This document shows positions 61,859 through 64,000 of a stretch of 64,000 nucleotides of DNA, one piece after another. The DNA is taken from NCBI GenBank assembly GCA_964016885.1, contig OZ024742.1, positions 358,484,001-358,548,000 on the forward strand, given 5' to 3'. The DNA is from Eledone cirrhosa. Taxonomy: Eukaryota. The notes beneath the pieces are model-generated. The model saw only the letters and a program-made list of their open reading frames with translations. It searched no databases and had not been told where the DNA came from. A program made the position numbers and the translations under genes. Numbering within the stretch: the first letter of the stretch is position 1; each line of letters opens with the position of its first letter.

Positions 61859-64000
61859 CAAACATCACCAACAACAACACCAACAACACCAACAACACCA
61901 CACCAACAACACCAACACCAACAACAACACCACCACCAACAACAACACCACCACCAACAACAACACCAACACCAACAACAACACCACCAACAACAACAAC
62001 ACCACCAACAACAACAACAACAACACCACCAACAACAACACCAACAACACCAACAACAACAACAACACCAACAACACCAACAGCAACAGCAACAACAACA
62101 ACAACAACAACACCAACAACACCAACGACGACAACCACAACAACACCAACAACAACAACAACAGAACCAACAACACCAACAACACCAACAACAACACCAA
62201 CAACAACAATACCAACAACAACACCACCACCAACAACAACACCACCACCACCAACAACAACAACAACACCAACAACAACACCAACAACACCATCAACAAC
62301 AACAACACCAACACCAACACCAACACTACCATAACAACAACAACAATACCAACAACACCAACGACACCAACAACAACACCAACAACAACAACAACACAAA
62401 CCACACCAACGACAACACCACCAACAACAACAACAACAACACCACCACCAACAACAACACCAACACCACCAACAACACCAACAACACCAACGACAACAAT
62501 GGCAACAACAACAACCCCAACAATACCACCACAAACAACAACAAAATCACAAACAACAACAACACCAACAACAACAACAACAACATCACCAACAACAACA
62601 CCAACAACACCAACGACAACAACAACAACACTAACAACAACAACACCAACAACAACAAGACCAACAACACCAACAACACCAACAACAACACCAACAACAA
62701 TAACACCAACAACACCAACAACAACACCAACAATACCAACAACAACACCATCAACACCAACAACACCAACAACAACACCAACAACAATAACACCAACAAC
62801 ACCAACAACAACACCAACAATACCAACAACAACACCATCAACAAAAACAACACAAACAACAACAACAACAACAACAACACCAACAACACCAACAACACTA
62901 CACCAACAACACCAACAACACCAACAACAACAACAACACCAACAACAACAACACCACCACCAACAACAACAACACCAACAACAACAACAACACAAACAAC
63001 ACCAACGACAACACCACCAACAACAACAACAACAACCACACCACCACCAACAACACCACCACCACCAACAACACAAACAACACCAACATCAACAACAACA
63101 CTACACCAACAACACCAACAACACCAACAACAACACCAACAACAACAACACCAATAACAACACCAACAACTTACAACACCACCAACAACAACAACAACAA
63201 CACCAACACCACCATCAACACCAACAATACCAGCAACACCAACAACACCAACAACAACGCCAACAACAACAACACCAACAACAACAACAACCCAAACAAC
63301 ACCAACAACAACACCAACAACACCAACAACACCAACAACACCACCACCAACAAAACAACGACAACAACACCAACACCAACACCACCAACAACAACAACAA
63401 CAGCACCACCACCACCAACAACAACAACAACAACACCAACAACACCAACACCAACAGCAACAACAACAACACCACCAACAACACCAACAACACCAACAAC
63501 AACACCAACACCAACAGCAACAACAACACCAACAACACCAACAACAGCACAAACAACACCAACAACAACACCAACAACAACAACAACAACAAGACCAACA
63601 AGACCAACAACACCAACAACAACACCAACAACAATAACACCAACAACACCAACAACACCAACAATACCTACAACAACACCAACACCAACAACACAAACAA
63701 CACCAACAACACCAACAACACTACACCAACAACAACACCACCAACAACAAGAACACCACCACCACCAACACCAACAACACCAACAACACCTTCAACAACA
63801 ACACCACCAACAACAACAGCACCAACACCACCACCATCAACAACAACAACACCAACAACAACAACACCAACACCAACACCAACACCACCAACAACAACAA
63901 CAGTACCAACAACACCAACAACACCAACAACAACACCAACAACAAGAACACCAACAACAACACAAACAACACCAACAACAAAACCAACAACAACAACAAC
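54606..64000. repeat. >9-kb A/C-rich triplet array (ACA/CCA; cores CAACAACAC and CAACAACAACAC), running off the right edge
   Basis: Plus strand is almost only A and C in 3-nt periodicity with scattered ATA/GCA/TCA/AGA/ACG variants and ~1-2-kb internal duplications. Confidence 0.97.

Noticed and set aside
54602-63999. Poly-Asn/Gln/His plus ORFs and Leu/Val or Cys/Trp minus ORFs
   Set aside because: An A/C-only strand and its G/T-only complement can rarely contain stop codons, so long ORFs are expected by composition.
25951-64000. Canonical telomeric repeats / interstitial telomere
   Set aside because: No tandem TTAGGG, TTAGG or CCCTAA; only the strand polarity resembles a fusion, which is kept as a low-probability hypothesis in the findings.

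Overview
Eukaryotic, essentially non-coding, repeat-dominated window; I find no credible intact gene, operon or CRISPR array. Five blocks: (1) 1-21705, an AT-rich 60-bp satellite (~360 monomers) with internal dyad symmetry and shifting higher-order repeats; (2) ~21706-24960, a 3.2-kb complex island of decayed transposon pieces (tandem tRNA-derived SINE pair, a second SINE tail, a MITE plus a MITE fragment, two different RTE-type LINE 3' ends sitting in the two copies of an old ~280-bp tandem duplication, a two-state hairpin, one possible 99-bp exon); (3) 24961-~54285, a 29-kb G/T-rich triplet-based (GGT/AGT/TGT/AAT/GAT) minisatellite with kb-scale internal duplications; (4) a ~320-bp spacer; (5) ~54606-64000, an A/C-rich (ACA/CCA) triplet array of opposite strand polarity. 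The SINEs resemble, from memory, the abundant octopus/cephalopod SINEs, so a cephalopod origin is likely (inference). Nearly all listed ORFs are by-products of 60-bp or 3-bp periodicity. The most unusual structures are the two oppositely oriented Thr/Pro-reading arrays around a short spacer, the paired RTE insertions at near-homologous sites, and the dyad-rich satellite. None is demonstrably a new biological system from sequence alone. Coordinates were read by eye and boundaries are approximate.
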